The translations under genes and the position numbers were made by a program. From the NCBI GenBank assembly GCA_973895155.1, contig OZ316894.1:19320805-19384804 (forward strand): a stretch of DNA of 64,000 bases. The letters are read 5' to 3'. The notes under the pieces were generated by a model, which was not told where the DNA came from, did no database searches, and saw nothing but the letters and a program-made list of their open reading frames with translations. The DNA is from Marsupella aquatica (Eukaryota > Plantae > Marchantiophyta). Below, piece by piece: positions 13,217 to 25,055 of this stretch; positions within the stretch are counted from its first letter, which is position 1, and the number at the start of each line of letters is the position of its first letter.

Positions 13217-14479
13217 GACAATGAACAAGTGCACAAGAGCTCAACACATGCGAGTAGGAGCTACAATCAATCATATCAAGAACCGGTGTGTCTGTGAGAG
13301 AAACGCAATCCTGATATTTCCTGGTGTGTTGTTTATTTGGCACGATGTTGCTTACAAAATGGGGGCTTATTTTTGGGGGATGCGGGTGGAGATTGCCTTA
13401 AATGGACTTGGCCCTAAATTCTTGGGACCTGCAAACAGCCTGCCAAATTTTGCCGATAGCGGCGGTGTTATGCCAAACCGGTGGAGATGCTCTAAGAGAA
13501 TGGAATTGGAACTCCTCTCCATACATGTCCAAAACTCACAATTATCTTGAAGAGCAATCGAATAGCGATTGATGCCAATCAAACACAATCCTGCCCGATG
13601 CAATCCATGTTATGTACACACAACCTAGACAGCCACACCATAGCTGCTACAGCTTGTGCTCGAAAGGCTCAACATCAAAAGATGAGATCTTTAAGCCAAG
13701 ACAAAAGGATAACTATCCGGCCCTCACAAACATACACTACCCTTAAAACATTTAGATAACACACATGAATATGAAAGTCTCAACCCTACATAGTCTGATA
13801 TCCTATACTACCACTTATAATGATGTGAGAAGAGAGAGAATTTGCAAAAATAATGAAGACGGACACAATGGCAATAAGTCTGCCAGTCCAAAAAGTGCTA
13901 GTAAAGGCAAATTAATGTTGGCAAGGCCTCACAAACGGTAGGCTCCCATGCCCCAAAATGAAATGCCCATAGTGAATTGGAAAGAAGTAACTATGTGGAT
14001 GACTATGTGGGGAAACCTCTCACATGGAAACTTATCGAAGAAAACTTCTAAAATGAACTCTAGATCACGAGGCAAAATGGCAGGCAAACACCCCTCCAGA
14101 CTCCGACGAGGAGCATGCTGCTACTCCCCTCAACTGAGCACAGTATTGCTCTCAGGTTTGATACCTCAGCCTAGCAGCAGTGGCTTCAAGTTTGAAAAGG
14201 TACCTTGCATCCTCCCTCTCCAGCTGAACATTGATAGCATCCACATTGTTCTGGACTGCATCCTCCAGGCTTCAAAGGTGCTGGTACTTAGACTCAGCTG
14301 GAAAGCCAGAGAACAACACACAGACTCTTAATCAAGTGACCCAAGAGGTTGCCTGGTCTCTCATCTTCATCTCCATCATTCATCATAGCTTTAGAGGCCA
14401 TCCACAAAAATATAATTGTATGTAATACAGTGCAATCAAAACTAAGCTAAAAGCTAAGACAAAGGCCTAGTGTAATCTA

Positions 14480-14575
14480 TAGTGAAACCTCTAGACCATG
14501 ACTATGGGGAACTAGTGAAGCCCCTAGACCATGACTATGGGGAACTAGTGAAGCCCCTAGACCATGACTATGGGG
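14480..14575. repeat. 33-bp tandem repeat x3 (tagtgaagcccctagaccatgactatggggaac)
   Basis: Units start at 14480, 14513 and 14546. The same core (gtgaagcctctagacc) also occurs near 6350 and, inverted, at 56290-56450. Confidence 0.9.
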
Positions 14576-14699
14576 GCATCACTACCGTTAAGCTAAGACT
14601 GAAAACAGACGCTACATGGTACTCACCATCTATTTACTAACAAAACTTGGGCATATTAGAAATATAGGCCTGCTCCAACGTTCGAAAAGAAGTACATGG

Positions 14700-15000
14700 G
14701 ATACCCACAAAAGTTTCAAAATGGAGGAGAGGGACCTTTTGGAAGCATAGATGCTTAAATATCTAATGTTTTTGGGGCAATTCCATTTACCGAGACAAAG
14801 AATATCTCATCTTCATCTCATAACTATGACCCAGCCGCAACATATGAAAGATGGACCACAAAGTACGATTGACAGATGGGGAATTTGCAAAAGCAAGAAA
14901 GAGGTACACGAAGGAAAGCATAGATGCTTTCATTGCTTTGCCAATCTTCTTGGGGCACTCAACAGTGTGGACATTATGTGGGCCCTTGGGCATATTTTAG
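14700..15000 (-). repeat. Dispersed repeat, inverted relative of 7440-7700
   Basis: Shares sequence blocks with 7440-7700 in the opposite orientation; no intact ORF. Confidence 0.6.
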
Positions 15001-16522
15001 TTGGACTGACATTGGCACCGACCATTGGATGTACGTGATCAGATCCATGACAGCCAAAACGGTATATAAGGTTGCTCCACCTTTAAACAACCTTCTCCAG
15101 ATGGTACTAAAAAGGTTTTTAAGACTATCCTATGTAGATAAATTAGTAGCAAAATTTTCTTTAGGATAACTAAAGATACAAGCATCCCCCAAAAGAAAGT
15201 AAAGTAGCTGGTCCCCTAATGTTTCTGGCTCAGCAAGATTATGCTATTAAAAAGGATTTTGAATCGTTCCTTTTTAGAATCGGGATGAATTTGTTGTTAA
15301 TCACCTTAGAGCAAAAATAAATTAGTTTTGGACGACGCGCGTGGTACCTGTGCAGCCCTCTCCTCCCTCCTCATGGGCTTACACAGACTTTGTCCCATTT
15401 TTCAAGTCCTCTCCCCATGTCATTTTCCTAGAAGAAAAGTGTTTAGCTTCTAAAATTTAGTGTGAATCCCTGTAAAAAAGTGGTGGGCATTTCACGGCTT
15501 CTCACAGAATGACTTTAGTTAATGACAAATAAGTCACTAAAAACTATAAACTTAGCCCAAACAAAACTGTGAGGAGTAGTTAAAGGGCAAAGGTTGAGAT
15601 CACCCTCAAGTTTTTCTTCCTCACACTCCCCGGAAGAGATCTTGAGCCGAGATCTCTCTCCTTTATGACAAAATGCCATTTTAATATTGATTGAATATAA
15701 GACTAAAATCAACACATGAAGGATTGGAAAGTAAATATAAAGCTAGGGGGATCTAGGAGGAGTAAATTAGGCAAACTGAAACAAAAATATGTAACAAAAA
15801 TATGTAGCAAAAAATCCCACTAAGACAAAGTAACCTGACAAGCCTCCTGAACCCGACTCCCGACTCCCGAACACAAGGTAACACTAAAATAACCGGTTTC
15901 AAATGATGGCTTTTGGAAAATTAGCAATAGTTTTCAAGTACTAGAAAATGTCTAGAGGTTATCCCAAAAGTGTGTCTATTAGAGTAAATTAATTTGTTCA
16001 GAGCTCTAGGCGTAGGATCTTATCCTAAAATTCTTACATTGTTAATAAGTCAAAATAGGCATGCATTAGGATGAACATGCTATATATCCTGCAGCATCTA
16101 ACCCACCCCTTTATGCTGTCACCCCATTGAGTTTTTATGGCCCTATTAGTAAATTTGTTTTTTACAGGGATCTTGAACTTTTCATAAGTATTCTGGATCA
16201 TCAAGGGCAGACAGCATTCTTTCTACTGTAGCTCTTTCAAATGATATTTAAGGGAGCGAATAAACTTTTCCGGGAGGCTGTTTTTGGGGTCACTCTTCAG
16301 CTTGTGCTCCATTCCATCAGTCATTCCCAAAATTAAGATATATTAGCCGTTTAATCTCCAAAATCTAGCGAGGGAAACATTTGGGTTGTTAGTTACTTCG
16401 GCAACCCTCAACTTTCTGATTGGGAGTGGATGGCCATTAATGATTGTTTAGAGCTTCCTAGAATTTTACACATTCACCCCTCTTTGTCCCTAGCTCCTTG
16501 TGGCAAACGGGGTAGGCAGACT

Positions 16523-16680
16523 ACACTTCCTCTATGCTGTACCCTTTGTAAGAAAAGGTCATGGTGGTAAGGAGAGGAATCGAAGTTAACTCTAAAGCCA
16601 GATGACACTTCCTCTATGCTGTACCCTTTGTAAGAAAAGGTCATGGTGGCAAGGAGAGGAATCGAAGTTAACTCTGAAGC
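16523..16680. repeat. 82-bp tandem duplication
   Basis: acacttcctctatgctgtaccctttgtaagaaaaggtcatggtgg... occurs at 16523 and 16605. Confidence 0.9.
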
Positions 16681-19600
16681 TGCCCCACATCTCACTCCAA
16701 CTCAACCATGGTTAGGGATAGTTGTTCGAATTGTCAATAACATTGACAGGCTAGGAATTGAACCTAAGACTTTCCATATATATCGTGTGTGGTTCATTTC
16801 TAACAATATTTGTTTACAGAAGTACCTTTTCTCAACAGATATGATGAAACCGTTGATTTCTCGCTTGGTTTGTTTCAGTTCGTGCTCCGAAATGGGGATG
16901 GGTGCTCACGAGAGATGCTCAATTCTTGTAACTCTTGTAACCATTATTCTAGCTACAAATTAATTAATGACAGTCGAAATACCAGAAAGGATACTTGATG
17001 CCAGACAGTACAGACAATTGTGAGTCAAACTTGCTTAGTTCCTCGACGCCAGACAGTGCAGATAATTATGAGTCTTCCTTAGTTTCTCGTGAAGTTCAGT
17101 AATGATCTGTTGCTCACCTCGACAAAAAACAGTGCTCTTTGAAACTCTGAAACCGTCCTAAAAAATTAGTTGCTCAAGCTCGCTCTCAAGGCCTTCTGCA
17201 TCACAGCTTGAGAAACGCAGATGACGCAAATCGACTAACCGAACCCAATCTGATGTTCTTGAGTTTGCTCTCTACTGCAAGCGGCAGATAGATCCTCGAG
17301 GTTCTGTCTTCATCCGGGATGCTTCCTTTGGCTTCTTTAGTTTGCGATGCTCCGTTCAAGGCGAGATTGCCAAAAGCCTTAAGTCAGATTAAAAATTGTC
17401 CAGGCCCAGTCGTCTAGACAGTCATTGACTAAGTTTGTTTGTTTGTTTATGCCCATGTGCCTGGCTTCGACAACGCATGAATTGAACGCATGAATTGAAT
17501 GAACCATGAACGTCTGCTGGAATGGAATGAAGGTCTGGCTGTCAATACGAAGTGTCATCCCTTCGTATCGATCGACATTCGACAGGCCTGCCAGCCTTCC
17601 TATTAACGACTTCCCCTACCTCAAGGCCTGCATTTATAACATCCAGAATTTTAGACAGGCCTTCGTTTTGGAGGTCATGGAATTTCCAAGTAATTCATAG
17701 ATTTATGGTAAGTAACATGGTTATGCAGGCTGTCGTACATGTTTCTTCTGTCAGACTAAGGAAGTTCAATTTTTATCTTGAATCATTGTACGTATATTTC
17801 CGGATCTCATTGACTGAGTGAATGGATGAGTATCTGATCGAATTCATTTTACAAGGGACAGAAGGTAAATTGTACATGTCCAACCAAAATCAACCAAACG
17901 TTTTGACAGAGAATGCATCTGAAGAATTTGACTGACGTACTGAACAGAAAGCTACAATATACAGTGTCGTTCTCTTGAAGGATTTGTTACAATATACAAT
18001 GTCGTTCTCTTGAAGGATTTGTACGTGGTTGCTCCCAAGGCCGTTTCAAATCCCTGCAGAGGCTAACTTCCTTCAGCACTACAAGGATTGGACATGATAT
18101 CACCCACGACCATCACGAATCATGTGTACGAAACCTTTTCGGCAAAAACCCAACCAAAACCGTGTCCATGCTTTAAGAGCAGCAATGACTTGCGCACTAA
18201 CGTACTTGTCATCATACATATGTACCTGGAGGGAGTTCGCAATGCGCTGCGTTGGGCCTGGGCCTGCATCTCGAGCTCCGACAACGTTGTACGCCAAGAA
18301 GTGCAACTACGGAAAAGCTTGTAAAGGGCGGTGCGGTCTTTTGCCTCTGCGCGTCAGGAAGTGCACCTACGGGGAAATGGATCCCGGCCAGAGGGGAAGG
18401 GAGGTGGGGGTGGGGGGGGGGGTGTTGGTTATTGTTAGGAGAGTCGGAGCTACGGAAAAAGAAGTTAGTAGTAGGCCTGGCGAATCCACCGAAGTACAGC
18501 TGGGTCACATGGCAACAGCGCTGGACATTCTGGGCCATGGTACTGCATGTACGCCTTCCCCTTCTAGCCCTTAAAATCTCGGGAACTCAGATCCATGTTC
18601 GTGGGGGATGTCCTGATATTATCCCGAGGAAATCCGTCCTGAAATGACCACTAAGACCGCGACAGAATTCCAGATTGATACAAGTGAGGTAAGTTTGTAA
18701 CTGATTTTAGTTTTTGCTTGCCCCATGGTTTAGTTCTCGATCTCCTTAATTTCATTTCATGCTCTACAAAGTGTGTGGAGACCGGATATGTTGGGTCCTG
18801 ATTAGATAGAGCGTCCGTTGATTTTGCCTTCGTATGGATGAAGACCGATCGACATTCCACAAAGTACAGATACAGAATAACATGAACGAATGAACGAAAA
18901 TTCGAGTTCACGTGACTACAACAGGGAGCTAGGGACAGAAATTTATATACAAGCAATGGACCTTGGCATGTCCAAGAGACAGAAGTAATGCAAAGTATAT
19001 ATAGGTCGACACAACAATTCAGGGAGTATCCACCTACCAATCCTGTCGTGTCTTTGGAGGACACAAGAGACAGTAAATTCTAAAGGATGGAGGGAGGTCC
19101 GACTGCTGGCCGGTCTATTCATTCCAAAGGTTTTTTCCTCCTCTTTTGTAGATCAAAACCCTGTCGCCGAATTTTCAATGACGTGCGGATCAAAACAATC
19201 GTAAGTTTTCGCTGAAGGACATTCAAGAGTCTCATGAAAAAGGTTTTTGCGCCTATTCCTCTTGGAGTACGCTTCGAAAGTTTCCCCATCATCACCTGAA
19301 GCCCGCTAAATTACGCTTGTCACTAGCTTATACACAGGACCATCAACCCGATCACTCAGATCGTAAATGTGAAGTTGACTGCACTTCGAGGATAAAAGGC
19401 TACTCTACCTAGCTAGAATATGGCGATTTGAAATGTGCAAATTACGTTCTCGATTTCACGTTTGTAGCCAAAGTTGGTGAATGACGGTTAATAACCTGTC
19501 CGTCGTCGAATTGAAATGCTCGCATCTGGAATTTCATTAGGTACCACTTAAAATTATGGCAATTTAATCGGTCCTTAGATTTGAGTTCGTTCTCGACTGC

Positions 19601-21439
19601 AATTCCAGCTCTAGATTTCATTCGTTCGTTTCATGCAAACCACGACTCTAGCCGAACAGTCAATAGTGTGATTCTGATTTGATTTTTAATGCTCAAACGG
19701 TTTGACATTTATGTGTGAATTTCAATCAAATGCTCTGCGGGAGTAGTGCGCGCGGACTCCTAGGGGGCAGTACAGGATTGAAATTGTAGTACTGGCTCCT
19801 AGCTACCAACTGTAGAATCATGTGCGGATGAAAGTGTTGTATTCTTCATATATGATACCTGACACACCGACGTGACAGGAGAAGAACGCAATTACGAGAT
19901 TCGCGCCGCGCAATCTTGCGCTTGATCATCGGTGCTTTACATGTAGTTACTTCTTGCATTGATTTGTTCGTGCATTTGGTTCGCATGATTTTCTGCCTAA
20001 TCTCGCCTAAATTGAGGTTTGTTCACAATTGCGCCGATGTTCACAATTGTACTGCCACCGGGACTCTCTGATCAACAGAGCCACGACATGCAATGATGCA
20101 ACATATAGCAAAGTAGTTCGATACAAGTATTTTTGGACGTACATTCAAAGCATTGTAACTGTTCACTCTTGCCAGAGAATTGAATGTCTTGCCATAGAAT
20201 TGAAGAGAGTTGGAGAAGGCGCAATGAATTAATGTTCAGGTAGCTGCAGTCATTCATGTGCACAAGAGCAGTTCGTACCGCCAAACTGGTAGGACCAACG
20301 CTTGTAAAGAGCTGCCAATTAAGGCAATATCTTTTACCTTCACACTAGCTGACGTACTAGCGTCAGCTTACTGCAGAAGGGTGCATGCAGAAGACGGGAG
20401 AGTCACAAGTCATTACCATTATTTTTCGGCAATACCTCAGCTTTTAGTGTGTACCTAGTGCTACATGAACAGCTTATGGGCTAACTTGACAACGATGAGC
20501 CCTCAAGCTTCCCTGGAGAATTTGTCTGCTCTTGGGTGGAATTGGTATAGTTATGTACTCAGCAACACCTAAAGCTTGCTATGCATACACTCTGGAACCA
20601 TGAAAGCAATGTATTTTCAACTTTGTCCAAGTTATTTGACTCCAGATCAGGTCACTTATCTACTGGCATGTCTTGTTTTCCCAGTTTAGCAAGAAGTAAA
20701 CCAATAAACTCAATTTATCAATTCCAAGGAATAAACTCAATTTATCAAGAATGGATGTGTATGGATGATTGATAGGCTGCGGAGCAATGCAGGGTTTGAC
20801 ACGCGCGGCATTGAACTTTGCCAAGTTGACGTACAGCTCCACTCACATTTCAATATTTCATCGTCTTGGGTTAGCTGTTTGTAACTCACCAATCGTTGAG
20901 GGCACACCATACATCGATACTGTCGCCGAACTCTTTGGATTCATTGTGCAGCTCAATTCTGTCATATGACGTTTCTCGCTGTATACATGGAGAGTGTCAT
21001 TATTCTTCCGTAACTTCATTTCTCGATAGATATTACCGTTGGACTAGATTCATTACCTGAAGAAATCTTTACACCTTCTCTGTATGATCCCGTAAATCCA
21101 TGTATATATGCTTGACACAGTGCCTGAATATTCTGCTTCTTAATTTGCTCGATCCCTTCTTGTTGTACCAGAGAATATCGGAATAAATTTCTCGATCCCT
21201 TCGTGGGCTTTATGATCTAGCAGGCATGAAAGGAACGCCGCAGTTCAGGGACAGTTCATCACAGAGGTGAACTGAGGTGTAAGTGGAAGGAGACTAACTA
21301 ACTGGAAGGAGACTGACCAGACAAGTACTAAGCTTAGGCTGGATTGACTTGCTGCAACCACATATACCATAAGGCAGCTTCATCTTTCCGTTGAGTTTCG
21401 AATTGGGTGGATAACGCGGGTGGGTGGTGGGCTGGTGTG

Positions 21440-21799
21440 GAGGGCGATGGGGCACTAATCTTAGTCTCGATCTTAGTGCATTGTCCAACCTTACAGATCG
21501 TCGTCTATTGGATATGTTTTGCAATGGTCCAAGTCGGCAACTTGACGGGACTTAGTATTCTGGACCTCTCATCCAACTTATTGAAAAGCTTTCCTGAAGG
21601 TTAGCTGCAATTCATCGGGACTCTTCCAGCTGGATCTGTCATGGAACAACCTTATTGTCACGGAACACCTTAACTTTGTGGATTTCTGTCCTCCGATCGA
21701 TTGTCACGGAACACTTTAACTTTGTGTATTTTCCAACTCTATTGATCTGAAAGATGAGTGAAAGATATGGTTCCGTTGATTTGTGTCAAAATAGGCTTG
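21440..21799 (+). pseudogene. Plant-type LRR (receptor-like) gene fragment, 5' part, disrupted
   Basis: LRR motifs in shifting frames: LSALSNLTD..LLDMFCN, VGNLTGLSILDLSSNLLKSFPEG, FQLDLSWNNL and SVDLCQNRL. Confidence 0.75.
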
Positions 21800-21820
21800 T
21801 TATAAAACATCTTTACGGAT
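21786..21820 (+). repeat. Left terminal direct repeat (35 bp) of the HUH element
   Basis: Identical to 27316-27350 except at one base (21809 a vs 27339 t). Confidence 0.95.
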
Positions 21821-21984
21821 GATATAGCCGGCTCATCCTGGAACAAAAAATGTTAATTTGTCCTATGCAGGAGATTAAAAAGTCGGGGCAGAGTGAAAGG
21901 GATAAAAAAGTTTCCTATGCCACGGGCAAGGGGATGGGTATCCAAGGGGAGGAGTATCCAATGCAGTGGGGGCAACTGGAAGGG

Positions 21985-22645
21985 CTCGCTGGCGCAGGGC
22001 AATTCAGTCTACGAGAAGGGGCTGGCGCGCCAGGGCGAAGGGCGAAAGGCAGGGCGCAGGGATGGGCTGGCGCAGGGCAAAGGGCTGGCGAAGGGCGAAG
22101 GGCTGGGGAACGCAGGGCGAGGCTCACATTGTGCAACGATCAACTCTCGATGTCTGATGGCGGCTGCGGCGGGTGTTGAGGCTGGACTCGAGCTGCTGTG
22201 GCATGGACTCGAGCTGCTGTGGCATGGACTCGAGCTGCTGTGGCATGGACTCGAGCTTTCATGGCTGGTGGCTGCTGGACTCGAGCTGCTGTGGCTGGTT
22301 GGAGATGGACTCGAGCTGGGCTTGGGAGCTTGCTGGACTCGATCGATGACTTCATGCTGCTACACCCACTCTTGATGCTGCTCGTCTGATTCGTGATCGT
22401 TGCTGCTGATATCAATGTCACTGATCGATTGCTGCTGTCATTGAGCTACTGATGCTGCTGCTGTTGCTATCGATCGCTGTTGATGCTCTCGTCACTGCTG
22501 ACATTGAGCTAATGATGCTGCTGATCGATTGCTGATGCTGCTGATCAATTGAGGCTGGACTCGATGTCTGATGTCTGCTCGCTCACTGCTGCTCGCTCTC
22601 TCTCTCTGACTGCTGCTCGCTCTCTCTCACTCACTGCTGCTCGAT
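21985..22645. repeat. Subterminal low-complexity arrays inside the HUH element (gctggcgcagggc units; 21-bp ggactcgagctgctgtggcat; ~24-bp cactgctgctcgctctctct)
   Basis: 21-bp units start at 22184, 22205, 22226 and 22247, with degenerate copies after them. The other arrays are directly visible. Confidence 0.85.
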
Positions 22646-23989
22646 CTCTCTCGCTCACTGGAGTCGTTTACTGCTGGAGTCATTTATCGCAGAGTAGTGT
22701 AGTGGTTCGCGCTGATGCTAGAGCAGTGAGCGAGCAAGCAGCAATGTTCTTCTCCTTCGATTCTCCCAAGCAGCAATAGCTGTGAGCTGAGAGCAGCTCT
22801 ACAGTCTATGAACACAGTCCACAGTGGACAGTCCCCTCTCGCGATGCTGCCTTGCCTAACTAGCAAAAAGAAGTTTACCTCAAGCTCGGACCCAGCAAGA
22901 GAAATGCCCCTTGCGGCTCTCTCGTCCGTCGGCTTCGTGCAGCTCTAGGGAGCGCTTCATATGTGTTTACGGAAAGACAGACGCACGGTTCACAGGCAGA
23001 GGCATTTGAAAACGAAGAGAGACACGGGAAGGAGGTTAAGACAAATCAGTGATTTCACTAACTCTGGACATTCTTTTGTCCAATTTTTTATCATGAAATT
23101 TCCAACAACAATTATTCTTTTCCCTATAACTTGAGTTCTAGAGTACATTGTATGTTGTGCATAGATTTATTAGGAGTAGCTTGTTAAGCTTCATATATCT
23201 TGATCAAAAAATTTCAAATATGATATTGATAAGTCTCATATTTATCTACAATTTAGTTGATTTAAATTTCCAAAAAGTTGTTATGAAATTTCCAAATCGT
23301 TAATAATATTCCAGAATTAGTGAAACTATTGATACAAGTTGAGCGAGCTCGTTCGGCTCACGTGAGCGAAGTCGCGTTATTGATGTTCCGCTTTTCATGA
23401 CGAAGCCTGGTGATAGTGGAAGGAGGAGATGGCGACGGCCTAGTAGTCCCCTGTGCTCCCCTTCTCTCTCGTCTAGCAAGAGGGATTTAGATTTGTTTTC
23501 ATTTACTCAGGAGTCCTCCATCATCCGTTGTGAGTCTCTGTAAGGTGAAGGACCTTTCCATTTGGGGCCGAGGTTCCATAGTTGGTTAGTAGTTTGGCAG
23601 GAGTTGATAACTGAGCTACGTTCATTTTTAACCCCCTTGCAGCTCTCGTTTCGCTTGGTGGCTGAGACTGAGCAATCGCTGTCTAATGGTTCATTGTGAC
23701 GAGTCTTTCCATGTATCTTGGAGGCTTCCAAGTATTTTGGAGTTTGAAAAATGTATTTTGGAGTTTGAAAAATGAACGTTGTGTAATCTGTTTTCCAGAC
23801 CAAATGTTTTGGGCCGGTGACCTTAGCATTTAGTTTGGGGGGAGACTACACTTGTTTCACTGCTACTTAAGCAGAGCCCTTGCCTTAGTTTATTCACTTC
23901 TTCAGTGAGTTTGCTCTTGCCTCTCAGTGCTCCGCTCTGTCACTGCTTCCCATTGTTCTCAAGTCTCAGTGCTCAGCTCCTTCAGTGCA

Positions 23990-24660
23990 TTTTCGTTCAG
24001 TGCTCCAAGAAGGTTTGGTTCAGTGTTGGTTTTCATTCAGTGCTCCAGTGGGGTTTTGTGCAGTGCTGTGCTCTAGTGGGGTTTTGTTCAATGCTGTGCT
24101 CCAGTGAGGTTTCGTTCAATGCTGTGCTCCGGAAGGGTGTGGTTCAGTGCTGTGCTCCAGAAGGGTGTCATTCAGTGTTGTGTTCTCAGTGCATTTGTTC
24201 AGTGCTGTGCTCCGGAAGGATGTCGTTCAGTGCTGTGTTCTTGGTGCACTCGTTCAATGCTGTGCTCCAAAAGGGTTTCATTCAGTGCTGTTCTCGATGA
24301 GCTCGTTCAGTGTTGTGCTCCCGGTGCGCTCGTTCAGTGTTGTGCTCCCGGTGCACTCGTTCAGTGTTGTGCTCCCGTTCAGTGTTGTGTTCTTGGTGCG
24401 ATCGTTCAGTGTTGTGTTCTAGGTGGGCTTGTTCAGTTCTGTGCTCCAGGGGCGCTCGTTTAGTGCTGTACTCTTGTGGGCTATCCTAGTGCTTGGCCCT
24501 CAACTCTTAGTGAGTGTTTGCTTATCATTCTAACAAGTGCTATGCTAACAACTTGTGTTTTGTTTTGCTGTGATCTTGTGCTAACCTGTGTTGTGCTAAC
24601 CAGTGCTCTGTTTTGCTGTGATCTTGTGCTTACCAGTGTGTTGCTAACCAGTGTTTTGTT
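23990..24660. repeat. 27-29-bp tandem array (gttcagtg[c/t]tgtg[c/t]tc...) followed by tgtgctaaccagtg-type repeats
   Basis: For example tcgttcagtgttgtgctcccg recurs at 24303, 24330 and 24357. The array lies directly upstream of the element's ORFs. Confidence 0.9.
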
Positions 24661-24695
24661 CATTGTGACCAAGTTTGGCACAGTTTACAGCTCTA

Positions 24696-25055
24696 ATGTC
24701 CTCTGTCGAGTCACAGCTCCCAGAGGATGACTCTGATATTTCGCCTTACACAACATTGGATGTTGGTAATTTTATTTTAGAGAACATTGAGGCAACAACC
24801 TCTCATTGTGTTAGGGACGTCCAATTCTGCTGGGTAGTTTGTCGCCAAGGAGAAGAGAAACTTCTGGCAGGTCCATTTAAGATACTAGAACGTACAGAGC
24901 AGACAGGGAAGGACGAAGTTATTGTTGAGTCCAAGGGGAAAGTGTATTTTATTGTGAAAGCTGACGATATTTATCTTGTGTTTTTGTTTGAGTATCGTGA
25001 CTGTATTTGTGCATCTTCTCGTGAACTGTGTGCCCATCTTACATGGCTTCTTTGA
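24696..25055 (+). CDS. Uncharacterised 119-aa ORF of the HUH element, overlapping the Rep start
   Basis: Open ORF MSSVESQLPEDDSDISPY...CICASSRELCAHLTWLL, preceded by a tttacag acceptor-like site. It overlaps the Rep ATG (25043) by 13 nt in another frame. Confidence 0.55.
   Translation: MSSVESQLPEDDSDISPYTTLDVGNFILENIEATTSHCVRDVQFCWVVCRQGEEKLLAGPFKILERTEQTGKDEVIVESKGKVYFIVKADDIYLVFLFEYRDCICASSRELCAHLTWLL

Larger units (their letters stand above)
9215..13492. mobile_element. PIF/Harbinger DNA transposon, full length (4278 bp), decayed
   Basis: Perfect 15-bp TIRs GAGCATCTCCACCGG (9215-9229) and CCGGTGGAGATGCTC (13478-13492). TAA TSD at 9212-9214 and 13493-13495. Contains Myb/SANT-like ORF1 and DDE transposase remnants. 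Confidence 0.95.

Noticed and set aside
16049-16060. gtcaaaataggc match to the HUH element's direct repeat
   Set aside because: Only 12 bp in AT-rich DNA with no further similarity; may be chance.
21850-22866. Cluster of short ORFs on both strands (e.g. GLELLWH repeats)
   Set aside because: Translations of tandem repeats; no consistent frame.
23905-24730. Cys-rich ORFs (VQCCAP repeats) and CRISPR-like regular repeats
   Set aside because: A tandem array without unique spacers in a eukaryotic context with no cas genes; the ORFs are artefacts.
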